A stretch of DNA of 64,000 nucleotides, from assembly GCA_964016885.1 (NCBI GenBank), contig OZ024740.1, positions 83,018,001 to 83,082,000 on the forward strand, read 5' to 3'. Origin of the DNA: Eledone cirrhosa (taxonomy: Eukaryota). Made by a program: the position numbers and the translations under genes. Numbering within the stretch: position 1 is the first letter of the stretch; every line of letters begins with the position of its first letter. The notes beneath the pieces are model-generated. The model saw only the letters and a program-made list of their open reading frames with translations. It ran no database searches and had not been told where the DNA came from. Shown here piece after piece: positions 38,490 to 52,897 of this stretch.

Positions 38490-41400
38490 TTTTCATTCTG
38501 TCCTTAATTGTAAGTTGTGATGTTGCTGTTCCACTCATATTTTCTATTTAATTTTGGTTGTAATTATTTTATGTTTATTGCCTCTGTGATTTGTCTAAAC
38601 ATTGCGTCTTTTCTGTGTGTAGATTCTATTTTTATTTCTATGTTCTCTAATTTACCCTTATGTTCTATTTTAGCATGTTGTTAGAGTACAGATGATTATT
38701 TACTATCTTGAAGGTCTCAACAGTGTTCATTTATCCGTTCCCCTACACTACGGGCTGTCTCACCTATGTACACTATATTTTTATCAATACATTGTCCTTT
38801 AGTACATATTATGCTATACACTACATTTCTAGTTTTACAGTTAATATGGGGGCTTATTTTACAGGTTATACGTTTCTTATCTATACAGGGGGGTCTTTGG
38901 AAAGGATATGTCTTGCTAATAAGTGTTTTTACGGAGGTACCTGGTCTTTCTACTATCTTAATATTGAGTTTATGTTTATCTAGGGTCCTTCTAAATGTGT
39001 AAGCTAATTCACATCTAGGGGTTGTATCGATGAGCATTACACTCTGGTATTTATTGCTATCATACCATGAGTTTATTCTATTAGCCTTATTCCTAGTTCT
39101 TTCTATTCTATTCCAAAATTTGCTTCTATACAAGGGGCAGGTCCTATTTGTGTCATTATTTACCATTTTTCCTCATTTGGTTCTGGCTCCTCTCTACACT
39201 CTGATACTCTCTCTCTGATTGTAACCAGAGAACTGCATACGGTGGCTGAAGTGTTGTATGTGTCTCTCTAGTTCTTCGGGGTTGCACATCCGGGACACGT
39301 TTCTCATCACCCGTACCAAATCAGTAATCACTATGTTGATTTTTGTATGGTCCGAGACAGCCGAGTTTCGGTGGATCAGATGTTTTGAAGCCATGGGTTT
39401 GGCATAATGGGAAGGAGGATTTGTTTATTGTTATTAATGGTAACTAACCAGAGCTCTGTGTCTAGTACAGGTAATCGATGGTTGGGGTGTTTACTTGGGT
39501 AGTCTATAGTAACTCTAATACTCTGGTGGATGGAGTTAGCTATTTGCTGGATGCTTTCCATTGTGTTTTTCTCTAGCTCCTGACTGTTCTCTAGTGGGGG
39601 TGTCTTAACTACGATGTTTATATCATCAACGTAGCGGGAGTACATTATCAGGGTTAAGGGGTCTTCTAATTGTTCTTAAAGTTTGAGTTTATGTCTAGTG
39701 TCCCACCATACCATGAATAAGTTAGCTATGTCGCTGGCAATGCTAACACCAATGGCTGCTCCTTCCTCTTGGGCATATGTTTTTCCATTAAATTTGAACA
39801 TATGCTCCTTAAGGGTTAGTTTTATGCTGGCCCCTACCGCATGTGCAATCATTTTCTTCAGTTCATCGTGGTTTTCGGGTGTTCGTATGGCTCTGGTAAG
39901 TTTAAGTAGGAGTCCCAGCTTACTGGTATCAATCCCACGGAACTCAACATTGCTCTCACTGATCATTTCTACGCATTTCGCCACAGCAAAATCCACATCA
40001 ATAGATGGATACAGGGACGCAACATCCATACTACCTATTATGCATTTTGTTAGGTCCCTAGATCGGTTACTCTCGCCGATTCTGCTGAGGAGGTCCTCCG
40101 TGCTGTCGCATACATCTGGGGACATTTCAATGATGGGGCGTATGATCAGGGGGAGGAAGTAGGACAGTCTGTAGTTACTAGCAATGTTAGCCCCACAGGC
40201 TGACCGTGTTGGTGGTCCCGTGACAGGGCCACTGCCCGTTTTATGGTCTTTTCGAAGCTCATACAACGCCGGCACGTTATTGTTCCAGGCCTGGAAGTTG
40301 TTGGCAGTCCTTTTGTTGGGCTGCATTATATTCTTCCACATCACCATATGGGCATTGAGAGCTTTTTCTCTATCCTCATGCTCCTGTGGTGTTACCTCTC
40401 TTGTGTTAGTGATGTGGGGTTGCATTGCCTGGATGTAGTTTGGCAGGCTGTCAACCGACATTCTGCTAGACTTGTCTGTTGGAAAGCATGCTATCTCTCC
40501 ATTACGTGAGCGCTGCATGAACTTACGCAAGCCATTTGCAGATTTTTCTCCCAGTTGCTGGGCCTCCATTCTATTATGCTTCTTGCTATACTGTTCTATA
40601 ATATTTCTAAGTTCGGATTTAACTATACTAACTTGTGCTTCTGTTTGTTCATCGACCTGCGACGGCAATTGCGTGCATTTGTTAAATGGTAAAGTCGTGG
40701 CGTGGACTCGTCGCAGGTCGAACGACTTATCGGAGGGATTATAAAGAGTAGAGTTCGTGGCTGCTGCTTCATGTGTACTAGTGCTATTGTTATTGTTAGT
40801 TGTGTTGTTTCTATTTCTATTTCTATTTCCACCAATAGCCTCATGGTTGTTTCTATGTCTCTCATAATTACTCCTGTCTCTTTCCACTGGCTCATTGTTA
40901 TTATCTATTCTATTTTGTGTGTCTGTGTGTTCGTCTTGGTTATTTTCTTTGTCCATAGTCTCCATACTCCTTTTAATCCTATTACTTTCCCTTATTTCTG
41001 TGATTTCTGTGCTACTGTCATTACTTGTTTTCTGTGTCTGTGTGTTTGTTAAGATTGTGTTGGTGGTGAGAGGCATTGAATGTGTGTGTGTTGTTGTTGT
41101 TGATGTGTGCTGTTGTTGATGTGTGTTGTTGTTGTTGTCTCCGTGTGTGTTATTATTGTTGTGCGTGTTGTTATTGTTGTTTGTGTCTGCGTGTCTGTTG
41201 TTGTTGTTTCTGGGTATGTTATTATTGTTGGTGTGTGTGTTGTTGTTATTGTTGTTTGTGTCTGTGTGTTTGTTGTTGTTGGGATGTGTGTTGTATATGT
41301 GTGTGTGTGTGTTGTTACTTTTGTTTTTGTTTTTGAGGCTCCAACGTAATTTTGTAAATGATTTTCTATTTCTGACAGACAACTAATAATATTTACCTTC

Positions 41401-42070
41401 TTGAATGTCGCAAATTTCGGTGCTAGAAGTAATACAGATAAGTCATTAGGGTCTATTACCGTGTTGCCGTATATATTTGTGTTGTTGTTGTTGTTGAACT
41501 CATCTGTTAATCAGGTGTCGGCCATATTTATACCGTCAATTTTGTCGGGATAACTATTGGTATTCTCTACAGTATCCTGATTTAGTTTAATCTGCTTAAG
41601 CCACTTTTGTTTCTTGTTAAAGTGTTTATCACATTCTTGAACAATGTACTGTTCTTCAGGACGTATAAGGCTATAAATATTAGTTTCTCTCTTGGTGTGG
41701 TGATCTTCGCTATATCTTGTATTAGGTTACGCTTATGTTTTTCTTGATGACTTAATTCTCTATGGATGTTCTTTTTTATGTTTAGAATTAGTGTTCGTTT
41801 TAGCCTATCTGCTTGTTTTTTTGGTGAATTGTAATCTTCTTACGTCGGTGTTGATGGTGTTGGTGTAAACTCGGGACGAGGCACATTCTTTTATGAAGTG
41901 TGGTTGTCGAGATTTTATGGTTTTTCGTAGACAACAAAACATGATGGTTTTCAGTATCTTGTTAGCCTGGCTAAGGATTACGATATTTCGTTTCTGAATT
42001 TGTTTAGCAAGATTCTTTATCTGAAATCGTGTGTTGAAACTGATATTGTTATACTTTGGGAGCGTCATGT
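38490..42070 (-). pseudogene. PLE ORF (N-terminal domain, Asn/His/Thr linker, RT, GIY-YIG) with several disruptions
   Basis: PTDKSSR, LRKDHK, GSMDVASLYPSID, Q.EGAAIG, RYVDD, LPVLD, NVVYSIIC...YIGETARS..ER..EH. Confidence 0.9.
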
Positions 42071-42861
42071 TGCCAATTAGAAACAAACGCACCATGCTTT
42101 CAATTCAATTTATTATAATAAATTTATAAATTTCTGGTTGGTTAGTTGGTTCCACAACCAGATAGTTGTTTATATATTCTCAAAGTTCTTTTGTCACACA
42201 TTATGTGACCTCTTCAGTGACTGGGGATTCTTTTCTTTGTTTTTTTGCCTCTCCTTTGTTCTGTCCTACGCCATTTTGTTTATGTGTGTGTGTTGTGTGC
42301 TGAGTCTGCGCATGCGCCACATCCGGGTGTCTGTGTGTGTTTATATTTGTTTATTTATGTGTTAATTTACATGTTACAGGTTGGTTGTTTGTTCTATGTC
42401 TGTGTGTGTTTTCATTTTGACCTTAATTGTAAGTTGTGATGTTGCTGTTCCACTCATATTTTCTATTTAATTTTGGTTGTAATTCTTTTATGTTTATTGC
42501 CTCTCTGATTTGTCTAAACATTGCGTCTTTTGTGTGTAGATTCTATTTTTATTTCTATGTTCTCTAATTTAACCTTATGTTCTATTTTAGCATGTTGGTA
42601 GAGCACAGATGATTCTTTACTATCTTGAAGGTCTCGCAAGTGTTCATTTATCCGTTCCCCTACACTACGGGCTGTCTCACATATGTACACTATATTTTTG
42701 TCTCTACATTGTCCTTTAGTACATATTATGCTATACACTACATTTCTAGTTTTACAGTTAATATGGGGGCTTATTTTAAAGGCTATACATTTCTTATCTA
42801 TACAGGGGGTCTTTGGAAAAGGTATGTCTTGCTAATAAGTTTTTTTACGGAGGTACCTGGT

Positions 42862-44782
42862 CATACGCCCCATCATTGAAATGTCCCCAGATGTATGCGA
42901 CAGCACGGAGGAGTTCCTCAGCAGAATCGGCGAGAGTGACCGATCTAGGGACCTAACAAACTGCATAATAGGTAGTATGGATGTTGTGTCCCTGTATCCA
43001 TCTATTGACGTGGATTTTGCTATGGAGAAATGCGTAGAAATGATTCAGTGAGAGCAATGTTGAGTTCCGTGGGATTGATACAAGTGAGCTGGGACTCCTA
43101 CTTAAACTTACCTATAGTAATAATTACCTAGACACATATGACCTTAGCAACCTGTGCCCTACACGACCAGCAAGAGGCAGACCACCTACCATTACCTCAA
43201 TTACGAAGAAAACCCACACAGATAGATGGAACGGGTGAACCAGAGCCATACGGACACCCGAAAACCACGATGAACTGAAGAAAATGATTGCACATGCGGT
43301 AGGGGCCAGCATAAAACTAACCCTTAAGGAACATATGTTCAAATTTAATGGAAAAACATATGCCCAAGAGGAAGGAGCAGCCATTGGTGTTAGCATTGCA
43401 GGCAACATAGCTAAGTTATTCATGGTATGGTGGGACAGTAGACTTAAACTCAAACTTAAAGAACAATTAGAAGACCCCTTAACCCTGATAATGTACTCCC
43501 GCTACGTTGATAATATAAACATCGTAGTTAACACACCCCCACTAGAGAACAGTCAGGAACTAGAGAAAAACACAATGGAAAGCATCCAGCAAATAGCTAA
43601 CTCCATCCACCAGAGTATTAGAGTTACTATAGACTACCCAAGTAAACACCCCAACCATCGATTACCTGTACTAGACACAGAGCTCTGGTTAGATACCATT
43701 AATAACAATAAACAAATCCTCCATTCCAATTATGCCAAACCCATGACTTCAAAACATCTGATCCACCGAAACTCGGCTGTTTCGGACCATACCAAAATCA
43801 ACATACTGATTGTGGATTTGGTACGGGTGAGGAGAAACGTGCACCGCATGTGCAACCCCGAAGAACTAGAGAGACACACACCACACTTCATCTACCGTAT
43901 GCAGTTCTCTGGTTACAATCAGAGAGATAGAACCAGAGTGTGTAGAGGAGCCAGAACCAAATGGGGAAATATGGTAAATAATGACACAAATAGGACCTGC
44001 TCCTTGAATAGAAGCACATTTTGGAATAGAATAGAAAGAACTAGGAATAAGGCTAATAGAATAAACTCATGGTATGATAGCAATACATACCAGAGTGTAA
44101 TGCTCATCGATACAACCCCTAGAGGTGAATTAACTTACAAATTTAGAAGGACCCTAGATAAACATAAACTCAATATTAAGATAGTAGAAAGACCAGGTAC
44201 CTCCGTAAAAACACTTATTAGCAAGAGATACCCTTTCCAAAGACCACCCTGTATAGATAAGACATGTTTAACCTGTAAAATAAGCCCCCATATTAACTGT
44301 AAAACTAGAAATGTAGTGTATAGAATAATATGTACTGAAGGACAATGTAGAGACAAAAATATAGTGTACATAGGTGAGACAGCCCGTAGTGTAGGGGAAC
44401 GGATAAATGAACACTGTTGAGACCTTCAAGATAGTAAAGAATCATCTGTACTCTACCAACATGCTAAAATATAACATAAGGGTAAATTAGAGAACATAGA
44501 AATAAAAATAGAATCTACACACAGAAAAGACGCAATGTTTAGACAAATCAGAGAGGCAATAAACATAAAAGAATTACAACCAAAATTAAATAGAAAATAT
44601 GAGTGGAACAGCAAATCACAACTTAAAAATAAGGACAAAATGAAAACACACACACACATAGAACAAACAACCAACCGGTAACATGAAATAAACAAATAAA
44701 AAAAAAATATAAACACACACAGACACCCGGATGTGGCGCATGCGCAGACTGAGCACACAACACACACACAGAAACAAAATGG
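42862..44782 (+). mobile_element. Inverted, 5'-truncated copy of the same PLE
   Basis: Reverse complement of ~38352-40143; includes the 378-aa RT-thumb-GIY-YIG ORF at 43284-44420 (YVDN). Confidence 0.92.
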
Positions 44783-45519
44783 AAGTCATTCCGCTAGCGC
44801 TGTTTTCAAGTCGGGTCCAAGAGTCCGAGAAGAAACAGATAGCCCAACGTTTTGTCAAAACGAAAACGGCTGGGCCTCTCGATCGTGGTGCTCCAGTATT
44901 TCCCGAGTTTAAGTCGTCCACGAAGCTGCCTCATCTAGTTGGGAAGAAATCAAGGCTGCTGTTCGATCTCCTTGGTCTCCACGATACTTTGCCTGAGCTG
45001 TGACCTGCAACTTGGTCATCACAAGCGTCATATCAAAATCCCTGTGCTGTTGTTCACAATATCAAGGTAGTCAACAATCTGGCGGAGAGAGCAGTCAATT
45101 TGATAACTTATTTTGTTGCCATCACCAAGAATGAGGACGAGAAGCGGTGTGTTCTTCAAATACTCGAAGCTCATCGTCGCAAGGTCCCGGATTTCAAGAA
45201 AGAAATTCTGAAAAAAATATGACTGGAGTTAACTTAACTGAACATGTTTCTTCCTTGTACGCCTTTATATTCAAACCTGGTTTACTAAATATAATGGATT
45301 AATAAAATAAACAATTATTCTATGGTCATATTTGGTTTCACATTTTCATGATTTCATGCAACATAATCCCACTTTCCACTATAATCACCACGACATAGGC
45401 AAGACTCAAAATAATTTATTTTATACAGAATATGTTTTATTTTACCAATTGGGGCTTTATAATGGGAAAATACAATGGGAGCGTTAGTATTTTGACATTG
45501 CTTTTTATGATACACTCTA
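44783..45519 (+). mobile_element. hAT (hATm-like) transposon 3' part
   Basis: IPLALFS..EK..IA, W....Y....V.NIKVVNNLAERAV.L, TKNEDEK..LQILEAHRRKVP; the terminus reads TAGAGTGTATC on the reverse strand. Subgroup assigned from memory of motifs. Confidence 0.65.
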
Positions 45520-46307
<788 letters not shown>

Positions 46308-46854
46308 CAGTATTACATCCTAAGTTCCCGTATCAATATTTGGAATAAATACTGTATTTGTAACTGGCCCATGTATTCAGCAAACTCAGTTTGTCTTGAC
46401 TCCTGGATATATTTGTAACATATTTGTGAAGTTCCTGTAGCACAATTGTGAGTATGTGACGACTAAAGCAATTAACCCTAACTATATTCAAGGAATTACA
46501 TGTATAATCATGTACAAAACCATGTACAATCAAGCTAGTTCCATTATTAAATAATTTCACAACTGCTATCCCATTTAATATATGATTAAAGCCATACATT
46601 TCACAATGAATTTTACATGTATTATCTTGAGTTTCCTTATATAAAATATCATAATTACTTGATTCAATTTCAATATAAGAGAATCTGTGTCTGTCATTCC
46701 TTACTTTACGGGATAGTATTATTCGGTGGACGTCTAAGATTACCACATATCTACTCATATGTGTATATTTAATGCAATTGTAAATACACTTCTATATATG
46801 GCTGACACAGTGCAAAACGGATGTATGTCTGATAAATTACGAAGACTAAGTATT

Positions 46855-47032
46855 CAGTATCGGTAGAGGTTCGGACGCCATGCTTTGACGCATAGAGTTA
46901 CGGCCCTTGCCATTCTGAGTTCAAATCCCGCCGAGGTTAACTTTGCCTTTCATCCTTACGGGGTCGATAAAATAAAGTGCCAGTAATGTACTGGGTAATT
47001 TTCTGGCCTTGTGCCAATAGTAGAAACAATTA
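46855..47032 (+). mobile_element. tRNA-derived CORE-type SINE
   Basis: B box, core and tail. Confidence 0.85.
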
Positions 47033-47672
47033 TCTGATAGCTACTTTCAATCCTGATTATCAGCCTGAACTCTGCAGTAATGGTGTAGTTACATTCGAAG
47101 ATGATTGAAGTTTAGTATCTACTATGATGCCATCAGCTTCATATTTGTGTGTTTGTTATAACCTATATAACTTATTATAGTTCACTGAAACGGCCGTTAC
47201 TATTGTTTAATGTGACATTAATATCGGTAGGATTAATTCGCTTTTGAAGTGTCCACTACACTTGTATTTAAACTTTTATTTTATAATTGTCTTATTTGTC
47301 TTTGATGTATTGTAGATTATTATTTTGTGCACGGAAGAGCTTTAAGAGCTGATATTTTTATAAAATTGAGTTTGATCCGATGAATGAAATGTCAAGATTT
47401 CTCCTATCGTTGAATGAGCATCAATTCTTTGAATAGCCAGACGTATTTAACCGATGATAACCTGTTGCACATGTATTACCTTAAGCAATACCTTTATACA
47501 TAATACGCTTATTTATCACTTTTCACCATTGCTCATTGTAATTGTGTTTTCTGAAGCATAACATTCTGTTTTAACTCCCGATTTTCTATATGATGTCTAT
47601 GACACTGACAACAGTTATGTACCTACCTAAATGTTCTGAAGACTAGGATTTCATCACCTGTTTAAACGTACC

Positions 47673-47727
47673 TTATGCTCCGATGATTCCAAACATCACT
47701 CTGGAAGAAACAATTGTCAGCAAATAA
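47673..47727 (+). ncRNA. Hammerhead-like motif (U4C)
   Basis: TTATGCT-CCGATGA-TTCCaaacatcactctGGAA-GAAA-CAATTG-TC-AGCAAATAA; an inverted partial copy at 48009-48033 also reads CCGATGA. Confidence 0.55.
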
Positions 47728-47860
47728 ATGTATTAAACTAAGATTTGATTGGTTTAATATTTTGTATATATATATATATATATATATAATTGGTGTGGGA
47801 TGCTTAAATCGTCCGTAAGCGGTATGCCGTTTGAGCACTCGATGTTCTTAAAGAGCAGAG

Positions 47861-48007
47861 TATAATATCACATAAGAAACAGAGAAGCAGTGGTACGACG
47901 AATAAGATTTATTAGACATATTACAATCGTCTCTCTGGCGACCAGCTCGAGGCACGTTCAATGCAATGATGAAACCTCTGATTCTCCGTTTCTTATGTGA
48001 TATTATA
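47861..48007. repeat. Short inverted repeat (~26-bp arms)
   Basis: TATAATATCACATAAGAAAC...GTTTCTTATGTGATATTATA. Confidence 0.75.
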
Positions 48008-48443
48008 TGTGATGTCTGGAATCATCGGAGCATGAAATAGCCGTCGAAACCGTTTGTTCTCTGCCGTCGGGGTCTTGAACATTTTCATATATATAAATTA
48101 ATATAAACAATGAAATAAAAACAAAGAACAAATTCCTTATATAAAAAAGTTCATCATTTTACCATCGTTTCTGGGATGTATATATGTGTTGGTATGTATA
48201 TAATGTTTAAGGTCTATGTAAAAATATTACAAATTATCAGAGAAAATATACATACCTTCACATATATATGCCGTCCTCGTAAATCTTTGAATACATCTTC
48301 TATTTTTATATCTTCTATATTGGGATTACATTGAGTTCTTCATACGGATTGGACCCTACCGTACAGTTTGGTAGATGTATCTACACACACACACACATAA
48401 TCACACACACACACACACACATATAAACACACACACACACACA

Positions 48444-48478
<35 letters not shown>

Positions 48479-48559
48479 TACAATCCTGCTTTTTTTGAAA
48501 ATTTATTGTATGTTTTAAAATGTTTGAATAATATTTCTTTCCACATACGGCGTTTTTAA

Positions 48560-48812
48560 GACTCTTTAAATGTGGAGGAACCCGTCTGCCCTCCTGGTCT
48601 GAATACAGTAGATTTATTCCAGAGAGAAAGGACGTGAGAAAGAGATGTAGGGGACAAATCGCCCTCAATACTTGACTGGTACTATTTTTTATCGACCGCA
48701 AATGGATGAAAAGCAATGTTGATCTCAGTAACATTTGAACTCAGTCAGCAGTTTTTCCGACTGAATGGTGCCAGTCATTCTATCAGACATTCTAACGACA
48801 CCGCCAGTTCTC
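48560..48812 (-). mobile_element. Old, diverged CORE-type SINE
   Basis: CTGGTACTATTTTTTATCGACC...GGATGAAAAGCAA...ATTTGAACTCAG. Confidence 0.6.
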
Positions 48813-49411
48813 CGTGTAATTTCAAATAATAATGTATATTTATTATACATTTTCAAGTTTTTACATTAACATTTTTTCTACATTCATATAAAGTCTCTAT
48901 ATCAATAATATACGCAGACAGACACACTTATAACTATAAAAACTATGGATTCAAAAGAAACATGGTTGCAAGCTACTCGAGAAACGAAGCAGAGATCAAG
49001 AACCGACGTCATACACAAACAGAGACATATAGAAATGAATAATAAACATAGGAATATCGTTTTAGCGCAAGCTAGACTAAAACAGCAGGATAACGGGAGA
49101 GAGGAAATAATAATACAATTAGAAAAAAAAATGAAGAAAATGTAAAGCAACCTTGACTAAGAGTACAGGAAAGAAGAGATAATATGATTCAAGACTAATG
49201 TCAAGAATGTTTTAGAGCATGATAAACTAAGATAACAGGAAAGAAGAGAGGGATCGCATCCATGAGAATGAACTAGCATATTCTCTCGAAGACCAGAGTG
49301 AGGCGAATAGGCTTAGAATAGAAAATATGAATGCTGAAGAACTGCAGAATTTCGCACAGAAGAGAATGAACAATGAGTGACTTAGAAGAAATGGCCCATT
49401 AATTAATATTA

Positions 49412-49598
49412 ATTGTTTCTACTTTCGGCACAAGGCCAGCAATTACCCAGTACAGTACTGGTACTTTATTTTATCGACCCCGAAAGGATGAAAGGCAAAG
49501 TTAACCTCGGCGAGATTTGAACTCAGTTCGTAAAGGGACGTTACATGCTGGAAAGCATCGCGTTCGACTCTCTACCGATACTGCCAATCCACCGCCCA
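49412..49598 (-). mobile_element. tRNA-derived CORE-type SINE
   Basis: Full copy; TSD AATTAATATTA at 49401 and 49601. Confidence 0.85.
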
Positions 49599-49794
49599 GC
49601 AATTAATATTATTGTTATTCAAGAAGAATTTCGTATTGGTGATATGAATGTTTCGTGCGATAATTGTCTAGCTTTGAAATTTAGAAATGAAATGTATACC
49701 TGTAGAAAATATGAATGCTGAAGAACTGCAGAATTTCGCACAGAAGAGAATGCACAATGAGTGACTTAGAAGAAATGGCCCATTAATTAATATT

Positions 49795-49975
49795 AATTGT
49801 TTCTACTTTCGGCACAAGGCCAGCAATTAATCCAGTGTATTACTGGTACTTTATTGTATCGAGCCCGTAAGGATGAAAGGCAAAGTTAACATTGGCGGAA
49901 TTTGAACTCAGATCATAAAGGGCCGTAACTCTATACTGGAAAGCAGCTGTCCGACCCTCTACCGATACTGCCAAT
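49795..49975 (-). mobile_element. tRNA-derived CORE-type SINE
   Basis: Core and B box; flank duplicated from 49320-49445. Confidence 0.8.
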
Positions 49976-50801
49976 TCAATGGAAACACCTTACTGTCTCA
50001 ATTGTAAATATTCCTTGACAGAATGAGAAATCTGTTTGAAGGAGAAGGCCAGGGAGCTGTTTATTTACTTTCGCTTCATTTGGTCGTAGGCTCGTCTTAC
50101 CACTTGGCAGAGGCATGTATTGCTTTCGTACTCAACGTCAAACACATCTCTATACCATACATCTGCAGAAAATACATCACAATATGGTCAGTTATATATT
50201 ATGGACGCGAAGGAAGCTATGTTGCTCAGATGGGAAACACCTCCAAATAATGGCTGATCAACGCAAACAATGATAAGTAAGTTGTTGCAGGAATATAATA
50301 TTGAAGTGTACCATACAAAGAATAACATCGAACCAGGAGAACAGAAAAGAGTAAGAAATTGTCCCTGAAGGAATTATATTTAGAGGAGGATCAAGTACAT
50401 CCTTAAATATCTTTACATGGTTATGGCCCTATGGAAGTAACCAATAATGCATTGCTCAACGAGGATCAGAACCAACACAAAAATAACGGAATAAGAAAAT
50501 ATCTTTGTTGCAGATATATGTCTCCACCAGAGGGAGTGTGTCCTCTCTCTGAATTAAAACTTCACGGCATATCACATGCAGTTTACGGACTACCTATACA
50601 TGTGGAGAATCAATAGAGAGTTTACGTTCAAAGTCAAAATGCTCCGGTGAAAGTAGAAACACAAAACGCACCGAGACTACTGCCTGGCTCTCGCTTAAGG
50701 AACAGGACGAAAATGCCCAGAACATCCAGATCGCATAATAATGTAATAATGTAAGTGCTTAACGGAACTGTTATGATTGTCTCTCCAGTTCTCTCTTTAT
50801 G

Positions 50802-50850
<49 letters not shown>

Positions 50851-50857
50851 CTGTGTG

Positions 50858-50888
<31 letters not shown>

Positions 50889-52897
50889 CTATGTATGTGT
50901 CTGTATGCGTGAGTGTGTTTGTGTATTGTCCATGATGATTCCTTAGTATGTTATCTGTTAAAAACCACATGAGATGCAAAATTCATGTTTCACTGATTTA
51001 ATTAGAGTGCACCATCTCCATAGTCTAATTATCTAGAATTACACTTTTGCTTATTTAAAGATTTACACCTCGTCAAAAAGATTGTTCAGTTCAAGTGCGT
51101 GTACATCAACATTTGTCAAACATCTTTATCATTTGATGTTCAACATCATGCACAGCGCTGAGGTTTCTGTCAATTCGGTTGTAGAAAGACAGCAGTTCAC
51201 AATGATAGTAACAAATATCTTATACGTTGCTTATATTCTGGCAAGAAATTAAGTGCCCTCTCCGGAAAAAAACTCTTTTCGTAGAAATTACCATTTCAAC
51301 AAAGCAATATCTCTATTCGTAGAAATGACCATTTCAATAAAGCAATATCTCTGCTTCTACGATGTTCAATGATGTATTGTAGAGCTTTATAATATTCAGT
51401 TGGGGCAGGAATAGTGGTTAAAATCGTGAAACTATTTCTGGAGCCAAGGCTGATATTTAATATGAAATAAAGAAACCATATAACCAGAAAGATTATATGA
51501 ATATTACAGTGAAGAGTACTGAAGCTAATGTATGTCTTCTGATGATTGATCAGTGCAGCACATTGTTTGTCATTTGTACTATGTAATAAGTCATCATCGA
51601 AAGATGTATGCCCCCAAATATTTGGAACCATATCTGTGGCTGAGTTTATATTTTTTGGCCGTGTGATAACTATGGAGGGCCAACATAACCTGAAACTATC
51701 CAAGGTTAAATACAAATGAACATATATGGAACCATAATATGCTTTACCGATGACGCTTCATTGCAAAGACTACAGATTGTGTAAGAATACTTTCAAATCA
51801 AAATAAGTGCACGGCACTAGAAAGGACTCGAAATAACAGTCAACCTCGATACCAGTGAAAATATATGAGAGAATATGGAGAAAAATGCTGAAGACAAATA
51901 AGTATCAAGCTATAAAATTTAGCGGAGGATATTTCTATATAATTGCTAGTCTTTCTTATCTAGCATGTCTCGGCGGCGTATCCTATTAATTATCATAGTA
52001 AACGACAGACAAATTAATAGATTATATTAAATTTGATGTGCAAATGGCGTCTTAAGAACAATTGTTACATTAATGGGTGAATTCAATTTTATTTTCAATT
52101 TATCAGCTTTATTCATATTTGTTAAAATATTTGTGCGACGATATATGATTGATTGAACACAGAAACTAGCGTTTAATTAGAATATGTAAACACAATATAC
52201 AGTGTGAAACAAGCGAATGATTTTAAAATGGAGACATTGGAATAAAATAACCCAGATATAGGAATTAATTTGGCATAGGACACAGAGTGAGTTGGGCAGA
52301 GTCAGGCACACATACAGTCACCACACTTGAAAAGTGACATTTGAATAACAATTAAATATTCATATAATTTAATATCTTTCTATATCATTAATATGTACGA
52401 ATTAAATGTTTCCGGATAGTCATTGTGTGTTTAATTTTCTCGTCCAAATGGCTTCTTTTTTTACAATTACTGAAATTTCATTATTTTGTTATTGGTCATG
52501 AGAGGTTTGGTTTTGAGTATCGAATAACAATTACACTAACTGTCAGCAATGTCATAAAAACATTAAATAGATAAAACCTGATACTATTTAATGAAAATGT
52601 ACCTTATACACTGAACACTATAAAAGGAAAATTACAGGAGAAACATTTAGAACACGATTAAAACTTAAAGTGTTTTCTTTTATTTGAGTAACATATAGTT
52701 AGATTTATAATAGAGAAAATATCACGATTAAATATTTTCCATAAATAGAATTTCCTCCCGAATTGTATATTCATTTTCTTTACATTTCAAACAAAGGGTA
52801 TTGTTAAATACGTATGAATTAACGGCGGCTGTTTAAGTTAGCAGCGTTAACATCTAGGCAAATTATGCTCTTGGAGAGCTAAATGATTTTGACACTA

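Larger units (their letters stand above)
38108..42860 (-). mobile_element. Penelope-like element, partial tandem (pLTR-ORF-pLTR)
   Basis: 38108-38945 is directly repeated at 42044-42860, with an RT/GIY-YIG ORF between; ends in (TA)n. Confidence 0.9.
48894..50760 (+). pseudogene. Heavily decayed Helitron
   Basis: TC start, charged N-terminal repeats, IGDMNVSCDNCLALKFRNE, IKYILKYL, RYMSPPEG...LHGISHAVYGLPIHVENQ. Confidence 0.6.

Noticed and set aside
51296-51715. 139-aa ORF or possible transposase relic (DNYGG motif on the plus strand)
   Set aside because: No convincing motif series; probably chance or too decayed.
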